A stretch of 63,919 nt of DNA, the filler included, from Collodictyon triciliatum (Eukaryota): NCBI GenBank assembly GCA_043381765.1. It is 13 parts of 13 records of this genome, joined end to end, with 100 filler letters (N's around TTAATTAATTAA, not from the genome) between each part and the next. Parts side by side here need not be neighbours in the genome. Positions count along the whole stretch, not along the records: positions 35,786 to 40,796 come from JBHJMP010005558.1; positions 40,897 to 45,907 come from JBHJMP010005559.1; positions 46,008 to 51,017 come from JBHJMP010005560.1; positions 51,118 to 56,284 come from JBHJMP010005561.1; positions 56,385 to 61,393 come from JBHJMP010005562.1; 8 more parts are not named here. One strand, given 5' to 3'. Both the position numbers and the translations under genes were made by a program. Below the pieces are notes generated by a model. It saw only the letters and a program-made list of their open reading frames with translations, made no database searches and was not told where the DNA came from. Of the stretch, positions 39,489 to 58,328 are shown one piece after another (within the stretch, counting starts at the first letter, position 1; the number at the start of each line of letters is the position of its first letter).

Positions 39489-40249
39489 ATTTTCAATCAT
39501 AATATAGCACGAATTTTCAGTCCTACTTCACATGGAAAATTTTGAATCGAAAAAAAATTAGAAATAAAAGCACAATACTTCATATGCAAATTTGTAAAAA
39601 TTCAAAGTGTGAGGGTAAAATTAATATGTAGCGTAGAAAATAAAGAAGAGACACAATTTCATATATTTTCTTCATAATTTGTAATTCTTTTTTCCATTAA
39701 TTCGGTTAAAAATTAATAATGTTTATATAATAATCGGTATATTTACAAATTACTTAATCTTGAAAACTTCATGTTAATTAAATAAATATTTTTACATTGG
39801 TCATTTTGCGTCTACAATTTTCTGGTAAAAAAAGCCGAGGAAACCGCCTTCGCCTCTAGAACAATAATGAGCTGTGGACGTGACAGTGGAACCCAACCAG
39901 ATTGTGTGGTTGGAGTTTTTGTGTTTCGGGTGGAAAGAAAAAGAAAATAGAAAGGAGAGAAAGTGTTCTCACACGCAGGCTATTCTACCCGAGGTGATTC
40001 AGCTTCGACACGATTTCTGGTTGTATTCGAGACTGATAGGATAGCGGATAAAGTCGTCGGGTTGATAGAAGTACGCACATGACTGTAAGTTACCTAATAG
40101 ATTACGAAGAGTCCTTTCAACCATCTATCTCAGACAAGATTTACATCCTACTTCATTCCACAGGGTGAGTCTTTTGAAGAGACAACGAGTCCCTTTTCTT
40201 GCGTTTCTTGATGGGCGACTCACTCTGACAAAAAGCGATACATCGTTGT

Positions 40250-40796
40250 TCATCTGGTATTATCGGAAGTGACACTTGACCTTCCACTAGTTTCGGAACC
40301 ATGCGTAGCCGGCAGTGGACTTTGCTTAACCGGAGTATGGATACGCGTTTGTGGTTTTAGTAACATACGCTCCTGCTTGCTCGGACTGTCTTTGGTGCGT
40401 GAAGTTCCAAGCTTGGATTCGATTTGTGGTGTTTGCTCTTGCTCCTTGGTTCTCGGTGCGACGGGTTGGGGCAGGATAAACGGATTATCTTTGGGCGCTG
40501 GTTCTTGTGTTGGCTTCGCTTTGGGGTATCCTTTCGGATAAGTAACGAAGACTGCCTTGTGGCCTCCTATGTTAACCATATTCACGTCAGTCTGAATGGG
40601 TAGTTTAAGGGGGATTCTTTCGGGGTTTGGAGATGCGCTGCTCTTGGGTCTTGTAATGCAGGCTTGTCCGGTGTTGGCGGTGGAGGGCTCGAGTGCGAAA
40701 GAGTCTGAAGAGGAACCGAGATTTCCTTCCATGTCATCATCGCTGTCGCTGTATGCGCGTATCTGCTGTGAGTCTTGTGGACTCTGTTGTTGTCTG
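40250..40796 (-). mobile_element. Possible LINE ORF1-like fragment (P/S/T/Q-rich)
   Basis: Intronless A/C-rich sense strand and low-complexity product like the ORF1 at 62063-63662 (shared LPIQ motif). Sits at a contig end. Weak similarity only. Confidence 0.35.
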
Positions 40797-40896
40797 NNNN
40801 NNNNNNNNNNNNNNNNNNNNNNNNNNNNNNNNNNNNNNNNTTAATTAATTAANNNNNNNNNNNNNNNNNNNNNNNNNNNNNNNNNNNNNNNNNNNN

Positions 40897-41095
40897 AATA
40901 AAAATAAAATAAAAATAAAATAAAAATAAAATAAAAATAAAATAAAAATAAAATAAAAATAAAATAAAAATAAAATAAAAATAAAATAAAAATAAAAATA
41001 CAAATAAAAATACAAATAAAAATACAAATAAAAATACAAATAAAAATACAAATAAAAATACAAATAAAAATACAAATAAAAATAAAATAAAATAA
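40897..41095. repeat. (AAAATAAAAAT)n/(AAATACAAATAA)n simple repeat
   Basis: Direct tandem repeat. Confidence 0.9.
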
Positions 41096-41804
41096 ATTTA
41101 AAATAGTATCGTCGTTATCCCTGTTGACAACACCTGGTACAACTGCAAACTGTACGCCAGTTATCCCTGACTACATATGAGACCAATAGATATATTGAAT
41201 GTTGTTATAACCATACATGATAGGAGCACTATCTTTTTCCTTGGGCCGCTAACTTCGGTACCTGACTCGCGGTCCGGCTTGCTCGGTCGACAGAGGATTC
41301 ATGTAGATAGTTTGCTTTGTTCGTTCAACCATGGCGCATAAAGGCACACATGTCCTCTTTTTGTTTGTTATCAAAACAACCTATTAGAACACAGCCATGC
41401 CGGACGAAAGCAGTCCATGCCTTTGATTTGGCGTTAGCTAACCTTCAACCTGCTTGGGGTTAAGGATGGAAGTCTCTCCAGGAACTATATGCGCTATAAG
41501 GTGGGAGGTTGAGAAGCAAAAAGGAGTTGAAAATGCAGAAAAAGAGCAAATAAAATAAAAATAATAACAATAATAATTATAAAACAGAATAAAGGTTGGA
41601 CATATGACGTACATATATATCGTCAGGGAAACTCTTAAATGACAGAGAAAGAAAGTGCAAAATGTCGTTGGGTTGATGGCAGAGTCTGCTGGCAATCAAC
41701 AGCGATCTGATAGGAAGCGAAAGGGTCTGCTTTGCGACTTCTTGCACTCTCTGACCAACTATATATGTTTGTATTTATCATTTGCTTGTTCGTGTGCGTG
41801 AAGT

Positions 41805-45903
<4,099 letters not shown>

Positions 45904-46011
45904 AGTGNNNNNNNNNNNNNNNNNNNNNNNNNNNNNNNNNNNNNNNNNNNNTTAATTAATTAANNNNNNNNNNNNNNNNNNNNNNNNNNNNNNNNNNNNN
46001 NNNNNNNTCAA

Positions 46012-49000
46012 TCAAAAATTGTGTCTGTGTGTGAATGTTTCGTTAGGTTGTTGGGCGCGACTGTCTCCAATGGATGCTTTTTTGTCCAATGACCTATCTT
46101 TGATTGGAATATCTTCTTTTCCTTTTATTTCGTCTATCATATGTTCGTTTTCCATGTTCTGTTCATTTTTTATAGCTTCATCCTACGATTCCAAACAACA
46201 ACATTAATCCTTCTCATAAGATATCCTTTGGAACCCTTATTTTGACATTACACTACATTTACATAAGTTGAATAATATTCACCTTTGACTGTGAGCGATC
46301 TAGTAAAAATTGAGAATTGTTGTGTTCAATCATCGACTGAGACAAAATGTCCCCCTGAAAGCTATCTTCGGTTATATACCTGAGAGATGCAAATATTATG
46401 TTTTTCGTATTATTGATGTTTTAAAAAAGTCATTTATAACTGCTTTCTTGTTAGCTTTTTTATATTAAAATATATATAAGAACAACATAGGCATTCCCTC
46501 TTAAAGAACATTTGCACTGAACTGGCGTATTTACCTGATACTCTTTCATAGAAGAGAACATAAGGAACATCATGTCCTTTTTTGTTTATGACCGGAAATA
46601 CATTTTCATGCAAATCATGGACTTGGTCATCATTGTAGAAAAACCATCTCCGCCCTAATATTGGTGATTGTGGATATGATACGGTTTTAGTGAGCAATAT
46701 TAACACTCTGATTTAATTAGCGCACTACAATAAACAAGATATCTTCACACGGGGTTATTATGTACGGAGGATTCGATATTTCGTCTTATCAAATACAAAA
46801 TTTTCCAATAAATTGAGAAATCAGAAAAACATGCAAACGTGAGTTTGGTGGACTATCAGACGAGCGAGCTATTGTAACGTAATGTCCCTGATAAATGGAT
46901 GGGCCCGAGTGAATAATGCAGGCATACAAAGAATACCTTTCATTCGCCGGCTCTTGGTTTCATAGAGAAGTGAATAGCAGACCAGAAACAAATGAATAAA
47001 ATATAAGGAAAATAGGTTGTATATCCTTTTGTATCAAGAATGTGATATCATATCTGATTTCAACGCAGGGACGAACTCAGATAAAAAAAATTCATAAGAT
47101 TCCTACGATTTCCGTTGCGGTGCACAGGGATGGTGATATCCGGCGATACTTCTATGTAGTCTGTATTTTTCTCAACCATTCCACTTTGAATAGAGGGTCG
47201 GAATCGGCTCAAGCTTATGGCAAGATATTTAGATATGCTCGTGATGGACGGCTGCTATTTGGCGTTGAAAAACAAATCAGTGGATTCTGAAAAAATATGA
47301 ATATTCAAAATTACACAATTAGGTATGTTGGGCAGTATGAAGGAAACGCATGTGTCCATTTTTTTTTCGTCCCTTTCATGCATAGTAGATTCGAAAAGAT
47401 TTAACACATGATATTTGGTTATTTTAAATAAATTATTATAATTTATTAATTTATTATACCACAGTGGCTGGCTGTTTCCCCTGACAGACATCACACTCCC
47501 GAAGGTTCGCATCATCCAGGCGATATGGCGTCAAATAGTCTGTTAATAAAGCCTGTGTGGATTTACCTATTTTGGAGAAACTTTATTAAAAAGAGAACCA
47601 TCTTGTATCTAGTTCTGCATGATTTGTTTAGCGGGAGTAATTTTTTTGATAGGTCAGTAAAGAGAAATAATACCTTGCCGAATAGGAATTGTCAAAAGGG
47701 TTGATTCTTCCTGTAGATGTTTATAAATTATTTAAAAAATAACTAAAAATGAGGAAAATGGCGATATTTTATGTATGTGATTTTTAAATGCTTCTAAGAC
47801 AAAAAGACGTAAGAGGGAACCGTGGTTGAATTATAGAAAAATGAGTTCGCTGGGTTGGCTGAAAACCTGGTTATTGCTCGATTGATTGCATGTTCTGCAT
47901 TGATATTGTCTATTTGTCGTAATGGAGAACAACTCTTGCATTATGTTGGAATTTAATGTTCTAAACTCGTCGTTCATTCTGTTGATAAGATACCTATATC
48001 ACAAAAGAAACGTATCAGTTTTACATCTACAGTCTTATCAAAGCCGTATTCATATCAATCTTTCAATAATTTGATGAATTTTCAATTTGTGCATACAATC
48101 CGAATTCTGTAGTGTCTTGTTGTACAGGTTCCTGAAATACTGGTTCTAAAATCTAAGAAAATGATTATTAAAAATCTCTTAGCACTGCATGAAAAGTGAC
48201 ATTAGATTCCATTGAGCCTGCGATTTTTAATCATAGGAAATCAGAGGAAATATAAATCTGATTATGAAACTCCACCCCTCGGAAGTTTTCTGTGGTTAAG
48301 CCACTTTTATCTGAAAAATTCATCAATGCAAACAATTTTTGGAGCTCCCTGCAGCACGGGATGTCTTGAAGGGTTTCATAAATTCATTTGTCTTTTATTT
48401 AAGGTACCTGAAATCACATTATAAAATAGCATTCCTGTATATTAACCTTGATTTTGAAATCTGCCGTTCAATATATAAGCCTTGAGCGCTACAGAGTTGA
48501 AGAGGCATTGCAAGAAGCTGAATACGAAGTTTGAGATATAGATTGATAAATAATAATGAAGAAATATACATATGCATATGAATAATGTATCTATTTTAGG
48601 ATTTATATAGGTATGTATATGTAAATATACTGAAGGATGATTTAAGTAAAAGACACCTATTCATATAACACGTGTTTCCTAAATTGAAAAGTCCGACTGG
48701 GTAATTTTCGGCTCTCGGTGCAACGCTAATGCTCATTTGTTGGGTATCCATATCTACCCATAATTGACATGTGTCATACAGAAATGTTTGATAAAAGAAC
48801 AATATGGAAAGAAGAAATGAATTATTAAGGCGATTATATTACGGTAGCTGGTAAATTAATTATATGATTATTCATTCCAATATCAAGACAGTCGATACCA
48901 GAATTGATGGGATGTGGTGCGTTTTCTTTGCTTCTCTGCTTAGATACGAGGGAGAAATTTGATGGACTCAAATCAGTATGTATTTATATTTTCCATAATT

Positions 49001-51017
49001 TGAAATATACTGTGGTTATTTTTCATTCAATTAGGAGAGAAAATGAATTACATGAGGTGAATCAGCATGTTTTATCATTTGTTAGATAAAAAGGAACAGA
49101 AAAACATGTTTTTGTTTTTACTATTACATTCTTTCGTGGGACTATTTTCTCAATATCGGGATAGTAGTCGGCATTCATAGGGTGTTTTCTTTTCATACCT
49201 CTAATAAGTTCTGAAATCACGTCGATGGCTCTAGAGTCTTGTGTAAAAATAATAATAATAATAATAAATGATCAAGATGTTTGATATGTGCAAGAATCAG
49301 AAACATTAAAGAAATGCAGACAATTCCTTTTTTTACCTTCATCCTTGTTCAGGTCGCAATATCTGAGAAAATAGTTTATATGAGGAACTCCAGTATCATA
49401 TAACTCTTGGGGATACTGTGAAATTCATTAATTTAGAATGTGTAATACGAAATACCTATCGTGCATATTGTCGTTCATATATATATCGAAAAATTACGTC
49501 AAAGCGATGTAGTAGTTTTAGGAATAGAAGGAAAATATGGCATGTCTCTCCATTCTTTGTTTTCAGTTCCACTAGTTTTATGCAGACATAAGGGGTATTA
49601 ATTTATTTATTTTATATTACATTCAATTCTAAAAAAATTGAACAATACTTGTAGTGAAGAAAAATCCAATCATTTTCAAGAAACATTCATCCCTGCCCAG
49701 TAATTTGAGCGCATAAAATCCCTCAACTACCCAGTCGACTATATTTTTTTATTTTATAAGACACTTAGGTTAGTTAAAAAAACTAGACGTTTTAATTTTT
49801 AGTTTATTATCCAGTGTTTTGGTCATATTATATATAATTGTGTCAGCATATGAATTTTAATTTGAATAACCTGCAGTATTGGTCAAAGGGGCATCTAAGA
49901 TGATTTGAAAGGGAATTACCAACATCTCATCGGGTATTTGGCTGAATACATGATTGAAAATCAAAGGAAGGTCCTTTTTAAAAAAAAAATTAGTAATTGT
50001 TAATGATAAGCAAGTTTAATAATCAAATTTCAAATAAAAATAAAGTTGAATTATTATTCCAAGACTTACTGATAGTGTATCCTCTGGTAGGCATTTCAGA
50101 ATTAAATGGATAGATAGCGAACAACGATTTGAATTTTCGGTTATAAGTCTATGGAAAGCCAATCTGACGACTTCAGAGATACTATATCTATAACAAACAT
50201 TACTATGTAGCTATGTAAATCGCTACAAATTCACATAATTTATGCGAGGGCTAATTATGAATACTTTGTGATTTTCGATATCCTAGAGAAGAATATTTTG
50301 ACTATCTCCGTATCAAAGACTCTGCAGTCATGTTCCATTATAAGAGCCACGGCAGTGTTCTAAAATCGGTGCAAGATTAGACTTTGAGGACTTAATAATT
50401 GCTAGACTCTCGGTTCGGAGTCGGATGTTTCGTCCTTCCTTACAATTGATTCCGTTAGAGCCGTAAGCTGGTCGAAATTTCGATCGATCGCATAGTAGGG
50501 ATAAATCGAACAGAAGGCTAACTATTATGATTTTAAATGAAAAAATTGATCTAGAAAATTAACTCTCTAGAAAGTTGAAAATTATATGTATACCATGAAT
50601 CCAAATAGCGAGGAATCAAAACCTTCTCATTTACTGATAGCTCTTGAAATGAACTAGTGCTATTCCCAACACAACCAAGCAGGAAAGGTATGTCTTTCAC
50701 GCCAAATTTTTGATGGTCTTGGTTTTTGGATGGAATTTGATTGGATAAATAATATGAATTTAATTCAAGTTTGTTTCGATATAAATAAAAATGCATGCAG
50801 TCACTCACTGGATACCAAGTAAAGTATGAATCGAAATCGATATCCCTGTAATTTTTTTATCAAACATGAAATTAGTGTATATTAGCTGGATAGGCTCTTT
50901 AAAAAGGTCGTTCCATGTAAAAAAAGAATCCTGCTTTAGTGTTTTCTTATTCATTTTATCTCCGTGTTTTGAGGGATTATTTGTACTTTTAATCACCTGG
51001 TGTACTGATGATAGCAG
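46012..51017 (-). CDS. Ubiquitin-specific protease (peptidase C19; USP35/38-like architecture), spliced, 5' truncated
   Basis: Cys box GLFNLGNTCYMN|SFLQCLF; QQDTTEF; CDVC; LAISLSRF; His box YSLYACIIHSGPSIYQGHY; WFFYNDDQV; PYVLFYER. Long helical N-terminal exons. Confidence 0.9.
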
Positions 51018-52739
51018 NNNNNNNNNNNNNNNNNNNNNNNNNNNNNNNNNNNNNNNNNNNNTTAATTAATTAANNNNNNNNNNNNNNNNNNNNNNNNNNN
51101 NNNNNNNNNNNNNNNNNTTTTTGTTGTGTTTTTTTTTTTTTTTTTTTTTTTTTTTTTGGTTTGTTTACGTCGATTCGAAAGAGTTGTTTGGAGGTTGAAG
51201 AGAAAGACATAAGTAAATTTTGTTTTCTTGTAATAAATTTTGTTCGCAGAGAAATCCACACCAAAAGCATAGCAAAAATGCTGGACAGAGTAAAGGGTAA
51301 AAAATGGGGCTAGTGTCTTGGATATCTGAATAAGCGGGTTAGTGACTATTTGAAAGTGAATATAGCTAGGAATATGAAAATGAAAGCAGGTATTGCAACC
51401 CCATCCATCTCTTTCATCACATTATCAACTCTTCATCGATTTCTTCATTTTTTAACCGCCTTTCAACAGAGGGAAATATTGCGACTGCACATAATAAAAT
51501 GCGTACCTATGGAAGTACATTCTCATTCACATTAACATTCACATAGCAAAACACAAAAGCACCAGAACATTGGATTGTATTAGTTGAAGAGAAAAGCACA
51601 TTGTGCTCATCAGATGGCCCACATATCGACCTTATCCAATCGGGTATCTGATGGAAAGGGATGCAGTCCGTGACCTACAAAACCAGTAAATCAAAGCACT
51701 TTGATACATTTCACTGCTTAATGTTTCTCTTGAAAGCACTGCAGGCACATATCGCTCTTGAAATCCAAAGTCTAGTTTACTAGCTTGTTACTTCTTCCTT
51801 CTTTTCTTTCTTTTTTTCAATAGTTTATTGATCAAACACATCGCCAAAGATGAAAACCGATTCTTTTTAATCTATTTTTTTTTAAAAGGCTGATATTTGA
51901 TGCGGGTTAAGTGACGCGCACCACCTTTCGAGTATCTTTATTGACTCATTATAGTGGCTTACGAAACTAAACACGAAGAAAAGGTTTATGCAATAATGTT
52001 TTTTTTTTTACTTTTCAAAAGGAACATATGATATTATTGGATATTCTGTAAAAATAATAACTTATTAGATCACTGCCAGAAATCTCTTTTTTTGTAAGTT
52101 ACTGATCTCACACTGTCGTTTCGGTCAATGTAGCTCATTGATTTTTTTCCTTTTATATTTTGTTTAAAGAAAGTGTTTTATTATGATTCTACAGCCCGCC
52201 CTAGTTGTTGCGCCTTGGTTGAAAGTACGAACGTGTTTTGGATTCATATGCAGGTCGTTGTAGTATAGAAACAAAATTCATGACTCATCTAAATATATCT
52301 ATTGTGGGTCGAGCTTCATACAATCTTTAACAGATGTAACTACCAAAGCCCTGACTTGAGTTCAATCCGAGGCCTAACTTCCGGCAAAGTCCAAGTGACG
52401 CAGCTGATTTAAATCAGACAATGAATGCGTAACCAGTAGACGCAACATGTGAAAGTCGCTCATTTTATTTAAAAAAAGAATATTCAATTTGAATATAGTG
52501 CTGTATTTGATTTTTTTGTATTGTTATTTGATTGAATGCCTTTTGCCCGTGATAAATATATGTATATGAACTATGCTGACCCACTACGACCCATTTCTTG
52601 AGTAACCTCATCTCACCATTTGATGCAATGCTCTGTTTAAATGCATCGTTAAAAGAATCTATCGCATATTTTTTTTTGATCCACAAAGTCCAAGTCAAAG
52701 CCAATCCACTTTGCTTATAAACCCATCTTACTGGGCCAT

Positions 52740-53390
52740 TTTTTTGCCATTTTTATTTTGTTTATTTTTCTTTGTGTATGGAGATGGAGTTCCTGTTTCT
52801 CAAGGTGCCAGCCTTCTTTTGCACTAGCCCAACTTGTTGGCTGAGTGGCGGAGAAGTAGTCGGTAATCAGGAATTGCATCCTGCGGTTTGGCCTGTGTTC
52901 TGGGTCTTGTGCTTGCATGAGAGATACAAGGCGGGGTTGAATCTCTTTCTCAGCCTCATTCCACATGTCTCTTCTCACAGGGTCTGAGTAGTAGAGAATG
53001 TGCAGGTGGCGAAGTAAGATGTTGAGGAAAGAGATTTGTATGATGTCACCCAGCCTATTGTCATGAATGGCTGGCTGGTTGTTGAATCTTGATTTGCGTG
53101 AGTATATGCGCGCTATCCACATAGTCCATAGCAAATGGCCTCGCGTCACTGCCCAGAATGTTTTTGCATCTGAACGCAGCTGTTGCAGAGGCCCAAATAT
53201 CGCCTGGATTGGGCCAACAGCCGCAGCTGTCTTGAGTGTCAGTCGAAGAATCTTTGGCTGTTTCGCGCAGGTTTTGAGCGAAGGGACATTGCACAAATGT
53301 GTGCTCAATGGATTCATCACTGTTGCTACAAAGTGTGCATTGTTGCGAGACTTTGCCAGCTTTTGTCGCGCGTGTGCCTATCCATAGCTC
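52740..53390 (-). mobile_element. 5'-truncated, frameshifted LINE family A variant (zf-RVT region to 3' end)
   Basis: CTLCSNSDESIEHTFVQC, then a frameshift into WAVTRGHLLWTMWIAR...RRMQFLITDYFSATQ. Different 3' tail from the other family A copies, ending in an A-rich run. Confidence 0.88.
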
Positions 53391-54042
53391 CCTATTAATT
53401 GGTGATATAAAGCAGCCTAAAACACTGTCAAAACAAAATTAATGCAAACCATATCATACCATTGAAAAAGCAAATGATCCACTCTGTGTGATATCGACCA
53501 TATAATATTTTGTTTTCTCTTGAATGCGGCATGTGAAAAAAGAGAGAACGAGTTTGGGTCGTATGTTATGCCACCCCACCTAGTGGTGTATATCCAAAAC
53601 AACAATATGTCTTATGGTATATGTCCAGTGATAGGTAGCATTCAGGGGCGTCCATTCAGTCGTGCGCTCCATCAAGACGGATTGAACACAGTTCTATTAT
53701 ATTCATAAATCTAAAGCTTCTGGAAACACATACCTTTTTTTTTTACTTTCTACTTTTTTGTATCATAAATATTTGTGTGCAAAGCGACTGGACAAATAAA
53801 AAAATAAAGCAAAAATAAGAATATTTGACTCTGCTTTTGCTTTGCACTCCCCCAAAAAACACCTCTGATATGCTTCGCTTCTTCGCTAATCACTTGTATT
53901 TCTTTTTTACTTTTGTTTTTAGGTCATAGAGCTCATATTTGTTTGACGCTATAATCCGCTTATTTGTTCAAACACAACTGAACACAACGAGAGCGATGCT
54001 GCTCTCACGGAGGGTTCTCCCTCCACCCATTAATAACAGACC

Positions 54043-56284
54043 ATGCGTTTCGGCGTTCTGTCATGGAACGCTAGGGGGATTAACGACCCCCACAGGCGGA
54101 AAGAGGTTTACAAGACAGCTCTTTTCACCCACGCGGATATCATCTGTCTTCAAGAGACGTGGCAGAGCCCTGAGACCCAATCTACTGACTTCGGGTGGAA
54201 GGGCCCTCAGCTATGGTCACCATCATTATCACCATCACAACACAAACATGCCGGCGTAGCAATCCTGTGTAAAAGGTGGATTGCTAAGCTAAAGCCCATC
54301 TTCAAAGTCATTATCCCCGGCCGCGCCATAAGCATGGATATCCAGATGGATGGGAAAACAACAAGGATAATCACTTGCTACATGTCACTCCAAACGGCTG
54401 GCCTCCAAACAAGAATGGGGGAATTCGAGCAACTCACTAAGGAGCTTGACACCCCCCATACAATCATATGTGGAGACTTCAACGCAGTCCTTGACCCAGA
54501 GCTAGAGTGGACAGGCGTGTCCACAAGACAAGACAAGCCATTCATCAACTGGGTCAATCAACATAATTTACACGACCCATGGACTACCCTCTACCCGAAT
54601 CTGCTTGGAGCTACGTGCAGGCGTCAAACAAGAAGCGGCCCGACGTGGAGCAGAATTGACCGGTTCCTGTGCAATGCCGAGGCGTCGCCATGGTTCAAAT
54701 GGATGCACACATTCGATACAAATCTATCGGACCACAGTGCTATAGTGTCGTTCCTAGACACAGCTGGAGGAAGGCCAGCATCTCCGAAGCGTATCGATTG
54801 GAGAGCATACAACGACCCGGAAGCTGTAGAAGAAATCAGTCACAGTCTGAGGTCTCACTTCAACACGCCAGAGGATGAACCGATAGAAGCCGACTGGAAG
54901 GCTGTCAAAGAGAAGCTCATCTCCTTGCTCAACGAGAAATCCAGCGAATTCAAGAAAAAAAGCAACATAGAGAGAAGGACACTGGAAAAAGAAAGAGACG
55001 TTCTCATGTCAACCTCTATAAAACCCTCATCATGGAGCGAAGGGCGTAAAAAGAAAATCGTATCGGTCGAAGATAAACTGATTGCACAGCTATCGGAGGA
55101 CATCGAAGCTGAAAGACGAAAATGGGAATCACGACACATCAGGTACTACGAGCAAATCGACCGATGGTTCTTCGGACTCGGCAAAGAAAAAGAAATGACG
55201 CTCTACCCTCCACTGCCAGAGTCAGACGAGAATGAACCGCTGCCACCTGAAGAGATTGGCAAAACTAACATCCAAAACTTCTACGCCGATGTGTGGAAGA
55301 AGCGAGACTTTGACCGTGCAACCCTCGAGCTGGTAACAAACAACTGCTCTGTAGCGAACGAAAGGGAGGCAGAATCCATGGTCAAAGATATTGATGACAG
55401 CGAACTGTGGAGCGCTATCAAGTCCATGCCGAAGCGCAAAGCACCAGGCCCTGACCGCCTACCTAGTGAAGCGTACGCCACCTTCTTCCAAGTCATCAAG
55501 ACATCCCTCCTGGGACTCCTAAACAGCCTGATTGCAGATGCAGACAACATCCCGGATGGCTTTACAGAAGCAATGGTGCGTCTAATCCCAAAGAAGGAGG
55601 ATGCAACCGACCTCAGAGACTGGCGCCCGATATCTCTGCTCAATAACGACTACAAGATATTTGCCACAATCCTAAGAAACCGAATCTCCGATATCGCAGA
55701 CAGGCTCATATCAAAGGAGCAAAAAGCATTCATGCGTCGCAGGAACATCGACACAAACATATGGCTCGTGAACAAGGAATACATGGAATATCAAGTCTCC
55801 AAAGACCCACGCATCATGGTATTCTACGACCTTGAGAAAGCATATGACTATGTGAACCATGAAGCCCTAGAAATAATCCTAAAAAAGCGAGGGTTCTGCT
55901 CAAAGTTCACAAAACTTATCAAGAAGCTACACGACAACGCCACAACTAGGGTTCTGACTGCACACGGCCCTACCGACATAATCCAGAGACAAAGCGGCGT
56001 CTACCAAGGATGCCCTCTGGCGCCGCTTCTCTTTAACTTTGTAGCCGACTTCCATGCAGTCCACTTCAGAAACAACAACAAAATCCGCAACCAATTCCTC
56101 CTGCAATATGCCGACGATACAGCCTTCATCCTTTGCTCCCCTGAAGGCGCTATCCTGGCAAATAAGTGCATGCAAGAATACACACTTGCAGTTGGAGGTA
56201 AAATCAACTTCAACAAAACAGACGGTATCCTATTCGGCCTACAGGATGGTGGAATCCTACCAGAAAACATCGACTGGAAATACC
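54043..56284 (+). mobile_element. Non-LTR retrotransposon ORF2 (APE endonuclease + reverse transcriptase), L1/Tx1 clade, open to contig end
   Basis: SWNARG, DIICLQET, GDFN, SRIDRF, SDH (APE); KAPGPD, LIPKK, WRPISLLNNDYK, DLEKAYD, GVYQGCPLAPLLF, YADD (RT). No stops over about 747 codons. Confidence 0.97.
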
Positions 56285-56384
56285 NNNNNNNNNNNNNNNN
56301 NNNNNNNNNNNNNNNNNNNNNNNNNNNNTTAATTAATTAANNNNNNNNNNNNNNNNNNNNNNNNNNNNNNNNNNNNNNNNNNNN

Positions 56385-56431
<47 letters not shown>

Positions 56432-56975
56432 AAAAAAATCCAAAAAAAAAAAAAAGCAAAAGCAAAACTACAGCACTGAGATAAGAACGCTGTCGCACAA
56501 CTAAAAATCACATGCCATCATATCAGGTGAAGGGCTCTTTCTACGAGGCGCTCATGACCCACTTCAACCACCTCCATGTCATGTCCACAGAATAAGGGCA
56601 GACGCAAGCTCATCGGGACTTGCCAGAATAAAAATAAGAATAGAAAAAAGCCCCAAGAAAAACGAATTACTATGGGCGGAGTGCTAAGCCTCAGACTAAT
56701 GAAACAAAAATTGGTCATGTTTATTGTATCCACATTTACAGGCACTCGTGAGACAACGCGATGTCTCGTACTGGCGAACAGCATAAGGTAACAAAAAATC
56801 TAATGAAGTTGGATGATAGATACGGGCGCGTCCGTTAGAGGCAAAGGCGCATATATTACGTAGAGTCCCTACGACCCTAATTTCAGGCGGTTCCCTGCCT
56901 TCTTCCACAAGGCAGCAGGGAAGACGAGAGCAATTTTGTGACGGTATCGTGTAGAAGCTGGAATCACGACTCCTC

Positions 56976-58264
56976 TCAGGAGCGGGCACTTGATTTCCCT
57001 GAGGAGCCCGCTTTGCCTTGCCCTGCCTGATTAATGGCTATCAGTCCCTACAAAATACATACTCGGTGCTTTAAAGCTCACCAGCAAATGTAGAGACTAT
57101 GTATAAAAGTCATGAATCAGAAACAGGAGGATTCAAGTTGCAGAACAAACCTTTGTCTTATCTTCTTTGGGCTTCAAAACATTCATTGTACCAACATTCA
57201 TCGTTCTGCTAAATACCTTGTTGTAATTTTCCTCCCGATTGATTAGCTCCAAGCGGAAGAATTTCATTTCCTCCTATTATCGTTGGGGGTTTTTTTTAAA
57301 AAATGAAGATGTTATTCGCCTTCGAATTTGTAGAACAATAATATTTGATTGCGGAATATATCGAACATCTTCATAATTTTACAGAGGCTATGAGAAGATA
57401 AATGTGTTAAATCATACCATTAGCTTGTGTATCTGGGCCTCCCTCTCTCCAACAGCGATTTCCAATGTCTGGATACGCTGGATGTCCTCAGGTCTTGATT
57501 CTCGCGAATTATACTTTCCCTCCCACATATTACAGCTGAAATATAAGTAAAATTAGAAATCAATCCTATTAGTATTAGGTTGCGTTGGTTTTTCTTTTAA
57601 TACAACATATTATTAATATATCTTACTCCTCTTCGAGCTTCTGAGCACGTTCCTTCCAGACAGCCAGAGTTTGCTCAAATTCTTGGTTCAGTCTTCGAGT
57701 CTCGCTGGTGTTTTTAGCAATCAGTTCCTCCATATCTGACTTATATCGGCGCTGCCATTCCAAGTCCAACAGACTCAGTTTATCAGACATTTCCTGACTG
57801 AATTGCGGATGGTGGGATATTCAGTTAGATTTGATATTTGAATGAATTATCCTAAACTAATAGGAATATCGAGTCAATCGCTCACTTTACTCGTGCGATT
57901 TCGTTTGTCTGCTCTGATATGAGTTGTTTCAAGTTAAAGCCTTCTGCAGTTATACTTGCTATACTTTCATTCTTCTCCTTGATAGTCGTCTGATGGAAAT
58001 CAAATAAATCAAATAAATCATGCAAACTGGTTGAGATTGCTGTATTAGCAAGGAAATATTGTCATGGGTTGAAAGCAAATAAAAATATACCTCTCTTGAT
58101 TTGATATTTTCTTGCAAGCCTGCGATTTCAATGTCCTTGTCAGATATAATATCTTCGTATTTCTTCTGAAGTTTAGCCATAGAAGCCTCCTTGTCCTTGC
58201 TAGCCTAGTCATATAATTTAATTTGTGCACTCACAGAGGGGATACCGTAAGGAGCCCGTTTCAA

Positions 58265-58328
<64 letters not shown>

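Noticed and set aside
52330-52460. tRNA or Pol III gene near the LINE (B-box-like GTTCAATCC, small palindromes), suggesting TRE-like tRNA targeting
   Set aside because: No cloverleaf or convincing A-box. No tRNA gene was seen beside any LINE copy in the window.
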